This document shows, in pieces, positions 25,588 to 38,727 of a DNA stretch of 64,000 bases (its first letter is position 1; each line of letters opens with the position of its first letter). The stretch comes from Phoronis australis. Its lineage: Eukaryota > Animalia > Phoronida. The stretch spans positions 80,237-144,236 of the forward strand of contig NMRA01000447.1 of the NCBI GenBank assembly GCA_002633005.1, given 5' to 3'. The notes under the pieces are model-generated. The model made no database searches. It worked only from the letters and a program-made list of their open reading frames with translations, and had not been told where the DNA came from. A program made the translations under genes and the position numbers.

Positions 25588-26344
25588 CTGTAAGTAAGAT
25601 ACAATGCATTGTGGGCTAAAGGTAAATACTTTCACTATCAAGATTCAAAAGTTTTTAAAAACTTTACGAACCCAAGAATCCGTTATGTGTATGAAATTAC
25701 GACTAAGCATTTATGGAACCAAATATGATTTTTTCCCTAAAAATCATTTTCCAAGAAACTCTCATGTGAAAATGTTCACATTTATTGACATAAGACCAAA
25801 AAATTCTGTTTCTGTATTCTACTAACTATAAAAGAATATACACGATTTCCAGCCAAGGTCTTTATCTAGAACACCAAGCCTGGCCATCAAAAGAAGATTT
25901 GTTTTCTGGAAATACTGAAATCTTTTTAAAGTCACGTCGAAATGGCGTGATTGTTGTTACATGTAGTAACCATTTGTATATGAGTTGGGGGCTTTTGTGC
26001 CATTGAAATACATTCTCCATTTTCATTGCCTGGCTTTGAAAGTAAATCAAGGACAGCACAAGGAAATATTGAAATAAAATTCATTGTCAAAATAGAGAAA
26101 GTGAAGTACATCTCTACGCAGAATTTGGATTTTTGTAAAAAACCTGTAGCAACAAAGGCACCAGTCTATGTATCGTTGATAAGCATAAAAGACATTCCAG
26201 TCACCTGGAACAAAAGTTATAATCTGGACATCAATAATGAAGTTGTAATACGACAGTCATATTGCTTTAATTTGACCAATAATGCGACCCCAGCAAGATG
26301 AACACTTCAACACACCTGTGTTATGTAAATGTTTCTACACTCAC

Positions 26345-26413
26345 CTTGTTCCACGTCAGGCTCTTCAGTGATACTGATGAAACTGTCTCTGTTGTGTTTT
26401 ATTGGAGACTCGT
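26345..26413 (-). CDS. RIMBP2: RIMBP exon 13
   Basis: ESPIKHNRDSFISITEEPDVEQ; ctgcag/gtgagt; phases 1-1. Confidence 0.8.
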
Positions 26414-26936
26414 CTGCAGCAAGAAAAAGTATCAAGAACACCACAGCTCCATCTTTTGTTCATTTATCCAAACACATTACTTAACATCAATTGAATTTTC
26501 CCCATATTTAACAATTTATCTCACATTTACTAATAAACACAAACATCTATGATTGTAAGTGTACTTCACATTTTATACTAAATTGTGACAATCTAGCTTT
26601 TTAGATAAACCATTTAGGTGAAACAGAAACAATTTAACATCTGTATATTACTATAAACAACATCCAACAATTCGAGGGACTTAACACACCATCATCTTCG
26701 GTGAAAACCTGACAAACACAGGCAGAATGAGAGCAAATCAGAAAGTAGCCATAATACAACATGCATCTGCAGAAAGAAACATATGAACAGAATACACAGA
26801 GCTGGACGCTACTGGTGCCATAGGTCCAGTACAACGCACCCCACCTTTTAACTGTTCAGTACATGTCTGATGGAGCTATTCAATTAGTCAATCAAACCGC
26901 TATGGATACTAAGGCATAACTTTCATAGCTTAATTC

Positions 26937-27118
26937 AATATAAATAGGTAAATAAAACAACAAGAATGGATCAAATGAAATTTTCGGATGTAATAACGTC
27001 CTTTGTCAACAGAAACAGAAATCAAACACTGTATTTCTGTTTCTGTTGACAAAGGACGTTATTACATCCAAACATTTCAGTTGATCCATTCTTGTTGTTT
27101 TATTTACCTATTTATATT
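26937..27118. repeat. Long inverted repeat, ~86-bp arms and 10-nt loop
   Basis: ...GGATGTAATAACGTCCTTTGTCAACAGAAACAGAAAT-loop-ATTTCTGTTTCTGTTGACAAAGGACGTTATTACATCC... Confidence 0.93.
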
Positions 27119-27526
27119 CTTCATTTCATGAAACAATAGTATCCTTGGGAGGATCTGGATCGCCTTATTTAGTTTCATATTTATTTTCTACGTTAATTCA
27201 AATGCTGAAACGTAATATCAATTGATGAAAGTTGAGTAGCGCCGAAGGTGAAGAAAACAATCGACAGTTGCTTCCATCTTGCCTTCTTCACAAGACCACA
27301 AGTGCACAGCACAAACCACCCATACATTATTCATTCTGTGGTTGATTGAAACAGACTTATATTTTGATCAACTGCTTTTCACTATGATAATAGAATTAAT
27401 TTTACAGAATATTATTTTTAGCAATTCAGACAATAAGGGCATATATATGTGGATCCATGGAATTTTAATGATCTTCATTTCATTTTCATCTATACCCAAT
27501 ACGTGAGAAGTACAACTGAAACTTAC

Positions 27527-27728
27527 AAGGCAGATCTGTCAACTCTGACTCATCAGAGCTATTGAACTCAAGATCATTGAGTAAACTCGTGTTCTGACTG
27601 TCATCTGATGGCAAACCTCCTAGCGCCATCAGAGCCTGGAAACTGTCATCTTCGTCCACTTTCTCAATGAAGGTCGATGGTACAACACCTCGCTGACCGT
27701 TGATTAGCTCAGCCTCATAAAAACCATC
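27527..27728 (-). CDS. RIMBP2: RIMBP exon 12: first SH3 C-terminal half
   Basis: DGFYEAELINGQRGVVPSTFIEKV; cgcag/gtaagt; phases 0-1. Confidence 0.95.
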
Positions 27729-27860
27729 CTGCGGACAACAGAACAGTCCAATTATGCCGACTTGCCATTTTTAGATCAAACCTTCCCTTAGTACAATGTT
27801 GTCTGCCTCATGCCAGACACTAATTTTTCAAAAACATTATTTCAGAAAATCAAAAATTGT

Positions 27861-28023
27861 ATTATTTTCTGTATGACACATTCTTTCATACCATTATTTT
27901 CTGTATGACACATTCTTTCATACCATTATTTTCTGTATGACACATTCTTTCATACCATTATTTTCTGTATGACACATTTTTTCATACCATTATTTTCTGT
28001 ATGACACATTCTTTCATACCATT
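27861..28023. repeat. 32-bp minisatellite, 5 copies
   Basis: Unit ATTATTTTCTGTATGACACATTCTTTCATACC. Confidence 0.95.
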
Positions 28024-28836
28024 GAAAGTAGCTGAATTGGCCTCATCAAACCACATCCACTTCAGCTTACACTCTTTAAACTAAAGCCTGAGAGACTAGT
28101 GGCCCCCTTTACCTCTCTAAGCCTTATGTCAAGACCTCACTAGTGGATTAGAAAAAGCATGATGACCACCACCGAAAAAATATTCATATTGACCATGGTG
28201 AGCAATACAGTGAACGTTACACTACAATTAAATTAATTGGAACAGAATACACTTTCCCCTTCACGACAAGAATGAGTGGTAAAAACAATCAGTTCAGAAC
28301 ATTTTAATTGCAGAAAGACTTCGCCACAGTACTATCTTTAACGTTCATTCTCGGACAAGGGGTAAGACTACTGACAATGACTTTGGCTTCAGCCCAACTG
28401 TCACGGCAGGGAATTCAAGGTCATTTTGCCTGAATATATTAGGCTGGTTCTGTCCATTTAATACAGTCAAAGGGAGAGCTGTGTTATAGAGACAGTGGAT
28501 TGAGTTTGCAGGGCCCCGAGATATGTGTTCACAAGAGAGGAACTATGTTCATGAGTGTGACAACCATGTTGTTCCCTTCCATAATAAAATGAAGCATCAC
28601 ATATCGCAATTCGTAAGAAATCATATAACTTATCTCTGTTTACCATAAGCACATGCATTTAAAAATGGCTGCACTTGATTGACTGTGCCGGTTTCGCCAA
28701 GACAAGGTGTTAAAACACAATTGGTTCTTGACAATGACTAGTGACTTACACATCAATCTGATGTCTCAGCCGGTTGATTTGGCAAAATCAACAAAGTCAA
28801 TCAAGTGGAGCCAATGACAGATATCAATCTACACAC

Positions 28837-29051
28837 CTCATCCATATCGCCCAACACATAGACATAGTCGCCGGCCATCAGAGGGAGCTCTGCCTCAGGG
28901 TTATCATTGGGAGAGTACTGTAGTGGGTCATAGTTGTACCTGGCTTTGTACACCTGTACACCTGACATGTTGAGCAGTCTACTCGCAGACATATCCCTAG
29001 TCAACGGCTTAGTTGACTTCTTAGTCCCATTTGAATGGCTTGCGTCAGTTT
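28837..29051 (-). CDS. RIMBP2: RIMBP exon 11: first SH3 N-terminal half
   Basis: [39 protein letters not shown]; phases 1-0. Confidence 0.95.
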
Positions 29052-29596
29052 CTAAAAGAAACGTTCAACAGTTAAAACCATATCTAAAGTGCACAGTATG
29101 TCGAAGGAAATCTGAAGAAAATTCCTTATAAAGCAACGCCATATTGGAAAACCATTATCTTGGTTCCTGTTTTGGGGTGGAAACCATTGTTTTGATTTTT
29201 TAATACGGTGACTTGATTTCCTAATTACACACAGTGACACCATGGACAGAATATAAAGACTTTGACGTGACCTAATTAGCGATTGTTAGGAATTTAAAGG
29301 AAAATTTCACTGAAATCATACTCCAAAATGAAAGTAAACAGTTCAAAATTTTCCTTTACGAAATCAAAGAATTTAGCTTTACCTAGATAAACCAGTCAAT
29401 CCAGAATGATGTGAAAGTACAAAACAGTGCAGCTCTGAGTCAACAACAGCAGGTTAAGTGAACATAAGTTTAAATGGATTAGAACAGTTTATCATGAGCC
29501 AGGCTCCAAAATCAATAATACGGCGGCTGGGATTAATATTGTCATAAAAAAAGCATTAGCAGTATACCACCAGTCAACCATAACTACAACTAATAC

Positions 29597-30179
29597 CTTC
29601 AATCAGTGGCCCTCCAACAGGTGTGGACTGTACTGCCGTTAACTCACTGCCAGCAGCGCCCTCTACCAACTCTGTCTGTACACCCACAGATAGCAGATGA
29701 GCAAGTCTTTCCACATCAACAGGTGAGGCTGCAGGTGAAGTCTGCAGCCCCGTTTCTGTAGTATCCCTATACACACCTGCCTGCACACCAAGAGAAACCA
29801 ATTGACTCTCCACTTCATCAACAGGCGAACATGGTGCTGACATCTGTTGGCCATAATCCACACATTCACTAACCTCAGTCTGTAAACAAATATTCACCAA
29901 GTTATCCAGTCTCAGCCTCTCCTCAGCCTCTTTAGCTGCGCTTGCCTTCACTACCTCATCCCTTTCCTCCTCAACTCTCTCCTTTTCCTCCATAGCCAGT
30001 TCCATCTCTCTAATCACTCTCTCTTTCTCCTGTTCTAGAGTCACACGGGCCTGAGCTATGCTCAAGTTTTCCCGTTGTAATGTACTACACTGATCCCCAA
30101 GCCGGCTCAGTTCTAGTCTATTTGTCTCTAGAAGGTCGTCCTGTTCATGTGCACTCTTCTTCATCTCCAACACTTGGAC
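29597..30179 (-). CDS. RIMBP2: RIMBP exon 10: end of coiled coil plus QT-motif region
   Basis: VQVLEMKK...GGPLIE; gtgcag/gtatta; phases 0-1. Confidence 0.88.
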
Positions 30180-30932
30180 CTGCACATACATGAACACAGA
30201 GTGAACATTAAGCTTGTTCGTGAAACAACGAAGACTATGCCATAGGCAACGCAACAGGTTTTCAACAAATAATAGACTAGTCAGCCTCAGTGACAGACCA
30301 TCAATACCATCAACCAACAACACAAGCAAAATATGAATACATGAACAGGATGGATCTTACAATGCAATTTTCCACATTACGTTCATTAAGACACACGTTA
30401 ATTGGAAAACCCGCNCAAGTTATCCAGTCTCAGCCTCTCCTCAGCCTCTTTAGCTGCGCTTGCCTTCACAACCTCATCCCTTTCCTCCTCAACTCTCTCC
30501 TTCTCCTCCATAGCCAGTTCCATCTCTCTAATCACTCTCTCTTTCTCCTGTTCTAGAGTGACACGGGCCTGAGCTAAGCTCAAGTTTTCCCGTTGTAATG
30601 TACTACACTGATCCCCAAGCCGGCTCAGTTCTAGCCTATTTGTCTCTAGAAGGTCGTCCTGTTCATGTGCACTCTTCTTCATCTCCAACACTTGGACCTG
30701 CACATACACGAACACAGAGTGAACATTAAGCTTGTTCGTGAAACAACGAAGACTATGCCATAGGCAACGCAACAGGTTTTCAACAAATAATAGACTAGTC
30801 AGCCTCAGTGACAGACCATCAATACCATCAACCAACAACACAAGCAAAATATGAATACATGAACAGGATGGATCTTACAATGCAATTTTCCACATTACGT
30901 TCATTAAGACACACGTTAATTGGAAAACCCGC
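29898..30932. repeat. 517-bp tandem duplication split by a single N (30415), probable assembly artefact
   Basis: 29898-30414 and 30416-30932 differ by only a few substitutions; the second copy holds a truncated exon 10. Confidence 0.85.
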
Positions 30933-32704
30933 ATAAGGTCTAGTGATAAACTTCCAGCCGTGCAATACGACATCAACAGAACTGGGTCATATCTCTTGCC
31001 AAAAGGCTCTGATCCTACGTTTTACTCTCAGTAATAAGACTAGAACAAACGAGATTCACACACAGGATTTTTTACAAAGCATAAGAGCAAAGAATCATGT
31101 AAAGTCTACTTTGGTTCCTGCAGACACACTCTTAAAAGAGTAATTGTGAACACCGGACGATGGCACTTACATTGAACCTAAGAATTCTATAATAACTTTC
31201 CATATGTGCTGGTACATTTATTTAACCCTCAACTATTGGTAAATTAAGCATGGATCATTAATACAGGCTCGCTTAACTGTGAGGAAAATTGATTGTAACA
31301 TGAAATGCATGACAGAGTGCTGAGCATTTGATATCCTCATAGATTACCGGTAGTAAAATTGTGTAGCCTGCCTTATACAAGACTGACACAATTGTAGCCT
31401 GCCTTAAACAAGACTGACACTATTCTAATATGACCAGTGATGTAGATAGGGTGGAGGCAGCATTATCTTTTGCTGGTGCAATGAATGTGACCTTGATTTC
31501 CTTGATTTTGAAAAACAAACATTAACAGCAGCAAAAATGTACCAAACTCGCCTGGATTACCACCCAGGCCAGTGTGCTTCAATCGGGCAAGTAAAAAATC
31601 ACGGGGCGAGTGCTTAAAAAAATTCAAAAGTCATGGGTAGCCGTACTTCAAATATTGTTACAATAAAATAGCTTTTATTGTTGAACCTTTGGGGGAGTTT
31701 AATGTAACCTTAATGAACCTAGCTGCTATAGACTTGTAAGTTAACATGATTTAAACCATGTGTATAGAGTAATACCTGTCATTATTTTGTGAAAATTTAG
31801 TCACAGTTGCAATGGATTCTAGTCGAAAATGCATGGATATTTAATTGTGGTTTTGTGTGCAGTTAATTTTGAAAACCATTTTACGTTATGGGTTAAAAAT
31901 GGACATTTAAAAAGCTATTTGACGAACCACGAATGAACTTCAGGAAGGCCGACAATTACGGTAACTCAGCAAGTTAATGAGGTTTGGTTAAACTGCAGGA
32001 TCCGATAAAACCAGTCACATGATGCTGACCTAGGATTAATCATCGGCTGGCACAACACCGAGTTACAAAAACAAAAGAGCGAATACAATGAATACAGTGA
32101 AACAGTCAACGTCAACTTATTAAGTTTCACAAAAGATATTTTATAAGTCAATTTAAAGCTGTCCGCAATAGCTACAGACTTGAGTGTAAACTTAAAGATC
32201 AATTTGGTTAGTGGTCAGCTGAGAAAATGGAGTCAATGAATTAAAAATATGTTCAAGTTGAGGAATATTCAATTTCCCCATGTTTTTTTCTGTCATATAA
32301 AATTTGGTAACAGTGGAGTAAATCTTTTTCAATCAATAGATCACCATTGATCAACTATTGACCCATACTCTTAAAGGAAAAATACACTTCTTTTTATAAT
32401 TTCTCATTTTCCAGATAGAGAAATATTAAACTTATTTTCCGCTTCTTTGAACAAATGTTCTTGCATCTCATATCTCAGTTCATCACTTAGATTATTGATA
32501 ACTCTAATTACCGGTACATCTTTTTTCTTAATATTTATTTTCTCATAAACATTTAAGGAAATATATTCACAATTATCAATGCTATCCTCCAAATGGACAA
32601 ATTTACCATCATGGTCTTGTAAATAGTTAAATTTTAATTCTCATCACAAAGGATTGCCACTCTTCTGCTACGTATGTTCTGACACATGAGCAAAAAATGT
32701 CCTT

Positions 32705-33173
32705 ATGTCACTACTGGTGCTGTCTGTCAATTGCAACCCATACATGCCCACCCCACTACTGGCACCGTCTCTCCATTGCAACACATATATCCCCATCCCA
32801 CTGCTGGCGCCACCTGTCCATTGCAACACATATATCCCCATCCTACAACTGGCGCCACCTGTCCATTGCATCACATATATCCCCATCCCACTGCTGGCGC
32901 CACCTGTCCATTGCAACACATATCTCCCCATCCCACAGCTGGCGCCACCTGTCCATTGCAACACATATCTCCCCATCCCACAGCTGACGCCACCTGTCCA
33001 TTGCAACAAATATCTCCCCATCCCACAGCTGGCGCCACCTGTCCATTGCAACACATATCTCCCCATAACACAGCTGGCGCCACCTGTCCATTGCAAAACA
33101 TATATCCCCATCCCACAGCTGGCGCCACCTGTCCATTGCAACAAATATATCCCCAGCCCAATGTTGGCGTCAT
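32705..33173. repeat. 45-bp minisatellite, ~10 copies
   Basis: Unit CCCCATCCCACAGCTGGCGCCACCTGTCCATTGCAACACATATCT; explains repetitive ORFs in all six frames. Confidence 0.95.
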
Positions 33174-36100
33174 GTGTTGATGGATGCTTGGCAGCTGTAT
33201 GTTACTACACTTTTTGTTTTTTAATTAAATAAATGTAATCTTCTCACTATGTAATTCAAACCCCTACAATTTAAATTAAGACAATTAGCTTTAATCATGA
33301 CCATCCTTTAGGAACACCTCATCCCACCAATTAACTATCAATATAAAAAGCAAGCTAATTGGCCCATGGAGTTAACAAAATCACTTAATTCACTTGTAAA
33401 AAAAATCAGTCTGTATCCAGTTTTTGGCCTCTTCCTCCAAATACGAAAATCCTCTCATTTAACTTCACTTAGGCTCTTTATTCCGGTCCTTTAATGTCAA
33501 AAACTCTGATTTAACAAAAAATTCCTCCTTCATAACAGCATTTTAAACAGATTTCACATTTTATATTCTTCCAGTCATTTTAACCTTACTTACAGCTGCC
33601 TGGGGCCAGTTGTTACAGTGAGTGGAGTACTCATCTATTGGCACAAGGCTTTGAAGCCTTTCAATTGAAGATGATGAATTTGATGTTATACTGGTACTAT
33701 CGGAGCAGGCTGGCGGTGTCGAACAGTCGATGTAGCTATGTATATGACAATTCTGTACTTGCGTAAATTTATTTTTCCAATTAACTTACAAATTGGCCCA
33801 CATCAGTCCAGAACACAAACTCAACTTTCTGACCAGCCCCTCGTCACTATGCACAGCCCTTAAGAGTGTAATTACATAAAGTCTGGAGAGCTCACATTCA
33901 CAAAAAGACCTGCCCCTGTAAAAGCGCCTCCTTGTGTTGATTATAATACTGCCCACAGTATGGCTGGAAAGTGATTACGTCATACCCCAAGCAACTCCTC
34001 GACATTGGAGACAAACAATATGGTGGTTGCCAATTCCCTGGCACTAACATAATCAAAGCAGCAAAATTCAACAAAACTTAATTTTTTAAAAACTGAAGGT
34101 CATGCAACAGTATCTATGAACCACACTAGTTCATATAACAACAATAACTACAAGTGCTAAAACTGTGTTTAACTGGCAATGATTATAACCAAGTAGAATC
34201 TCCTATACTAACCCAGTGAGGTGATGTCACCTTCGAAGTGCTGTTTGCCTGTTATATTAACAACAGCTGCAGGGAGCTGACCATAGGTTACACATACACT
34301 TGCACCTCTTATAACATGGACCAGGCCTTACTCTCACCAAGCAGCTTACACAATGCGTTACACAAATGTACAATACAGTCAGTTTTACTAACTAAAGGTA
34401 CTGTAGTCTGTATCCCACACTGTCATGCACACCAGCGTCTTATCGTAAGCAAGTTCATGCCTCTACTGACTCATTACGGATCAATTACTGAAATATTTAC
34501 ACACTCAGGGTTGACACCCAAAACACAGAAAACTGGAGCATCGTTTCAGATACAGAATGAACTCAGAAATGGCCTTACAAAGTAAATTAAGGTCAACATG
34601 CGTTACGAAACAATAGCTCTGAAAATTATTTTAATTCATCACTGCAGCATCTGAAACGCACAATATACTACAACGTGAGGATGACCTCATCAGCAAACAC
34701 AACAATCAGGCACATTCAGTGAAAGCGACTATGTAATGCCATCTCGTTAGCGACAGATTGAGGACATTCAAACGCAACACAGTAAGCATCTAGGAGAATC
34801 TGAAACACGGTCAAATTATCAAGAATTACTAATTTGGCGTAATAACGCTGGATTAGCACAAAAATGTTGAAATATCTCTGGCTAAAGTTTGTTAACAGTG
34901 CTATTCTAGTGCGACAAATGTGCCATTATATTGTGACAATATTCTGGTATGAAGTGCATCAACATATGGCTGACTTTGATAAGTACAGTTCTGTCTAAGT
35001 CTGTCCAATCTATTTTGAAAACTAACTGTACTCCATAAGGTAGAGCAAATCAATTGCAGGATGCAATTGCTCATAGCTCTGAGTCTGATGAAAGCACACA
35101 TTGTTTTTACAACACATTATCTACTGTATAATTGCTCTTTCATTTAACAGAAACTAATACATTTTTAAAAATCTAGACCTACATTAATCCAACAGAAAGT
35201 CAGACACTGCTCACATTAAGTGAGGCGTGCAACAGACCAAGCAAGTAAACACAGCCAAGCAGGAATACTTTGAAAAGAAAATTAGAGACAGAAATTTGAA
35301 CATAACCAGTGCTATGGAAACGGTAAAATAACTGTGAATCCATAGCTTGTAAACTAAAAGAAGTTAAAATATACAATTTAGCAAATAACTTAGCGGGTGT
35401 TATACTGAGGGAAAGCCCTTAGTAAGGGAATGGACATACAATACATTCATTTGCTGCAAGGTGTCCCTTGACTGATTGAATGAATGTATCAAAGAACAGA
35501 ACGAATGAATGAACAAACCAATACAGTAGGTTACAGCAAAAAAGGCATTAAGTGCTAAAAAATTTCAAGATCAAAAATGAAATTCTTCATGGTGACGGCA
35601 GAACCCAAAAAGAAATACTACTGAAACGGGAAAGTGACATAAATGTTTACGATGAACCTGTTTTAAGAAATCTTGATTACGCTTCTCAGTAATTATTAAA
35701 GACACAAAATTTTCTACCATTTTCAATTAAGTATACGCCATATTTCTCGAACAGAAACCGTAAAGAGACCAGTCACATTCAGCATATGCAGTACAAGACA
35801 AAAGTAATCAAACAATACACCACTTACCCCATCATAGTGGCTAATTCTATTAACAGTAAAAACACTGGTAACAACTATTATGGGGGCAAAATGCTAATAG
35901 CTTTAAATGGCTTTGACACATTACTAAATTAATTCTTGTTAATTTCCCTTCATTTTCTATCATAAGGTAAAACTATTCTCACGACAAATTCGGCTTCTGC
36001 ACTGCTGTCATGATGGGGGGAATTCTGGGTCATTTTGTCTGAATATTTATAGCTTGTACTGTACAACTTTAACATGTCAGCAGTAAGACTTGAGTAACCA

Positions 36101-36558
36101 ATTCCAATTTTAATTTAAGAAAAACAAAAAAACCAAGACATTGAAATTCTGGTGTAGCTACTGATGAGTGTGACTTTGGTTAGAAACATCTAATTCCACG
36201 AAAGTGTGAGTGCATAGATTCCACTCATTTACCGTCATGTAAAATCAAGTTCTCTATAAAAGGTAGCCATAATCAATTAATTGAAGACAAGTCCAAAAAT
36301 GGTAAGTAGACAAATCAGGAATCCCTAAAATATTTGTTGTGTAGAATGCAATGTTACTTACGTTGCTCAGCAACCAGGGCAAATCACATTTTGAAGTGTC
36401 GAACAAGACAGATGGTGGAGTACAGCAGAATTTCACACTGCTTTGTTGGTACAGTATTGTTTAAAATAAACTAAGCTGCCAAATAATTCTGACCAATAGT
36501 TCATCATAGTTTCATGTCTGTCCAGTTTATTTTGAATACTACAGCACAATGTACATAC

Positions 36559-36714
36559 CTGTAACTGTTCAACCTCCTCCAGGTGGCGCTTTTCATCAGC
36601 CTCTTTTTGACTTCGCAGCTGACTTGCAGTTGCCTCCCCCTCCTTCACAGACTTCAAGGCACGCTTTAGTTCTTCATCGACATTTTTGTACTTGTCAGCA
36701 GTTATCGCTAATTC
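36559..36714 (-). CDS. RIMBP2: RIMBP exon 9: coiled coil
   Basis: ELAITADKYKNVDEELKRALK...VEQLQ; catag/gtatgt; phases 0-0. Confidence 0.88.
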
Positions 36715-37123
36715 CTATGGGCACAACAGTGTTTATGTACCACATGGTTCCATACTTTGAAACAGAACTTGCAAAAATTTAAATGTGTGCCTGTCAATCT
36801 CTCTTGTAGTTTTCAAAAAATAAGTAGACAAAACTTTATCTCGTTAAAGATGGCAAAATTTTGGATGGAAATTGATACACCGTTATTTTCTCTGATTAGT
36901 TCCTTTTTGAGTTTCCCTCACATATTACATGAACCTCGACAAACTAGGTCAACTTTTTTAAACTACTGCAAGCAAACAACAAAAAGTCGAGCTACACGCC
37001 TCACGAAAAAAGGTTTAAGAACAGCTTCTGCATTAAATATGCAAGACTTTTATTTACAGAATTTGTCACAAACTAAATTAAAGTTTTAGAACCCAAAGGA
37101 CAACTCAGAATGATACAAGTTAA

Positions 37124-38310
37124 GGGTATGTAGGACCCTAGAAAAAAGTTCAAATTTGGCTAAAATCACTTCACATCACATCACATCACATCCCAAAAAA
37201 GGCCTGTTTGAAACTCAGTTAGTATGCTTTTGTTCTCCAAAACGCTGTTAGAGATTGTTTTCAAAATGTTTTATTTTTGCACGAGATGTCACAAAATTGA
37301 ACTTTTATGATTTTCAGGAAAAAAACTCAAAAACACCAAAATACAAAAACGAAACGATACTTTAGAAGACTGAGTTTTTATCTTGAACAGTTATATGAAA
37401 TGGAATTTGGTCATAATAAAATGCACTTCTAACATTCTGCAATGCAATACCAATGCCATTTCCGAATTTGCAATTTTATGGTAGGCCAACGCCAATAAAC
37501 TCTGCATCATTTTCTTGAATCATGGGCAGTTTTGATGTTTTCGTTGATTAACAAAATTAGAATCTTAATACACTATTATGAGAGTAAAATGCCCATAATT
37601 TGATTTTCGTTTTTAGCCAGATGTATAAAGTTTTAAGGATACCATGTTTTGACACCACTCTGCCTTTCCATGGTTACAGGACTCAATTGATGGCAGATTG
37701 GTGAAAAGCCAAATTTACAGGGCTTGGAATGACAAATGGCGAAAAACGCGGAAATTTTTACGGCCCGAACGAAACATGCGCGCAGCCAGCCTTGAAAAGG
37801 TCGGTGTGGACGTTTTGGAGACGAAAATCGAGACTAAAAAACACAAAAAACGGTACCACCTCCGGAAGCATGTGTCTGCGACTGTCTTAGCTTGTTTTGG
37901 CTGCAGAGTCGTAGTATTTGTCACCGCGGTTTGCAATCATACGAGCCGCCATTGAGGAAATCCACCACGCTATCCCAGACGCCCCGGCAATGTTGACAAT
38001 TTACGTTCCTCCGAAACATAAAGAGCAACTTCCGCTTTTCGAGGTGAAAGTCGTCGGCAACGCGGCAGTAAGAAAGAAATTTGCCGCGGAAATTCTATAT
38101 CAAATCCGATTTTTTTTTACGCGGAAATATAATAAAATACACGGACAGAACATTTGAAAAAAGCGGAAATCTGCGTTTCCGCGGAAAATTCCAAGCCCTG
38201 AATTTAGAATTTCACATGAAAATATATCTACTGACCGACTGAGTTAAATTTTTAAGTTTTGTAAACCCTTTGCTAAATCCACATACTGGTTGATAATGTC
38301 CTACACAACA
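37124..38310. mobile_element. TTAA-target (Kolobok-like) non-autonomous element
   Basis: TTAA-GGGTATGTAGGAC ... GTCCTACACAACA-TTAA, imperfect TIRs. Confidence 0.55.
37718..38200. mobile_element. hAT-like MITE with 6-bp TSD, nested
   Basis: AATTTA-CAGGGCTTGGAAT ... ATTCCAAGCCCTG-AATTTA; subterminal GCGGAAA repeats. Confidence 0.85.
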
Positions 38311-38351
38311 TTAAACTAATGAGATGACTATCCCAAATCACAAAGACTTAC

Positions 38352-38474
38352 AGCATTGAGAGACTGCAAGCTGGACAACTCATCTTGCAATTCTGTGGTC
38401 CTATTTGTGGCGGTGTCGCGCTCTTCCTCCATCTGTGATAAATTAGTCCGCAAACTATGGCACTCTTGAGCAAC
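38352..38474 (-). CDS. RIMBP2: RIMBP exon 8: coiled coil
   Basis: VAQECHSLRTNLSQMEEERD...LQSLNA; ttcag/gtaagt; phases 0-0. Confidence 0.88.
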
Positions 38475-38727
38475 CTGAATAAGTCAATCATTAAAACAAC
38501 ATTAAACAATGCGTTCACTCTAAAACCGAGGAAAACAATCAAATGGTTAGCTTCACTTGAACTTGATTGCACACATTCATTCTGCTGTGAATGGGCTAAC
38601 ATGAATGTTTTGGCATGAATAACTAACACAGTTGTAAAATATTATCATCCAATTCAAAGTAGGTTTGAATATATACAAGAATTTTAAGCATGATCATCAA
38701 CACATAAACAGCAACTTGGTTTATGTA

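Noticed and set aside
30416-30697. Second copy of exon 10 as a real exon
   Set aside because: Truncated at a single N with no donor; consistent with a haplotype overlap artefact
32404-32592. 62-aa AT-rich minus-strand ORF
   Set aside because: No recognisable domain or fitting splice sites; perhaps an old transposon fragment
32668-33232. Six overlapping repetitive ORFs
   Set aside because: By-product of a 45-bp minisatellite; open in all frames, no splice support
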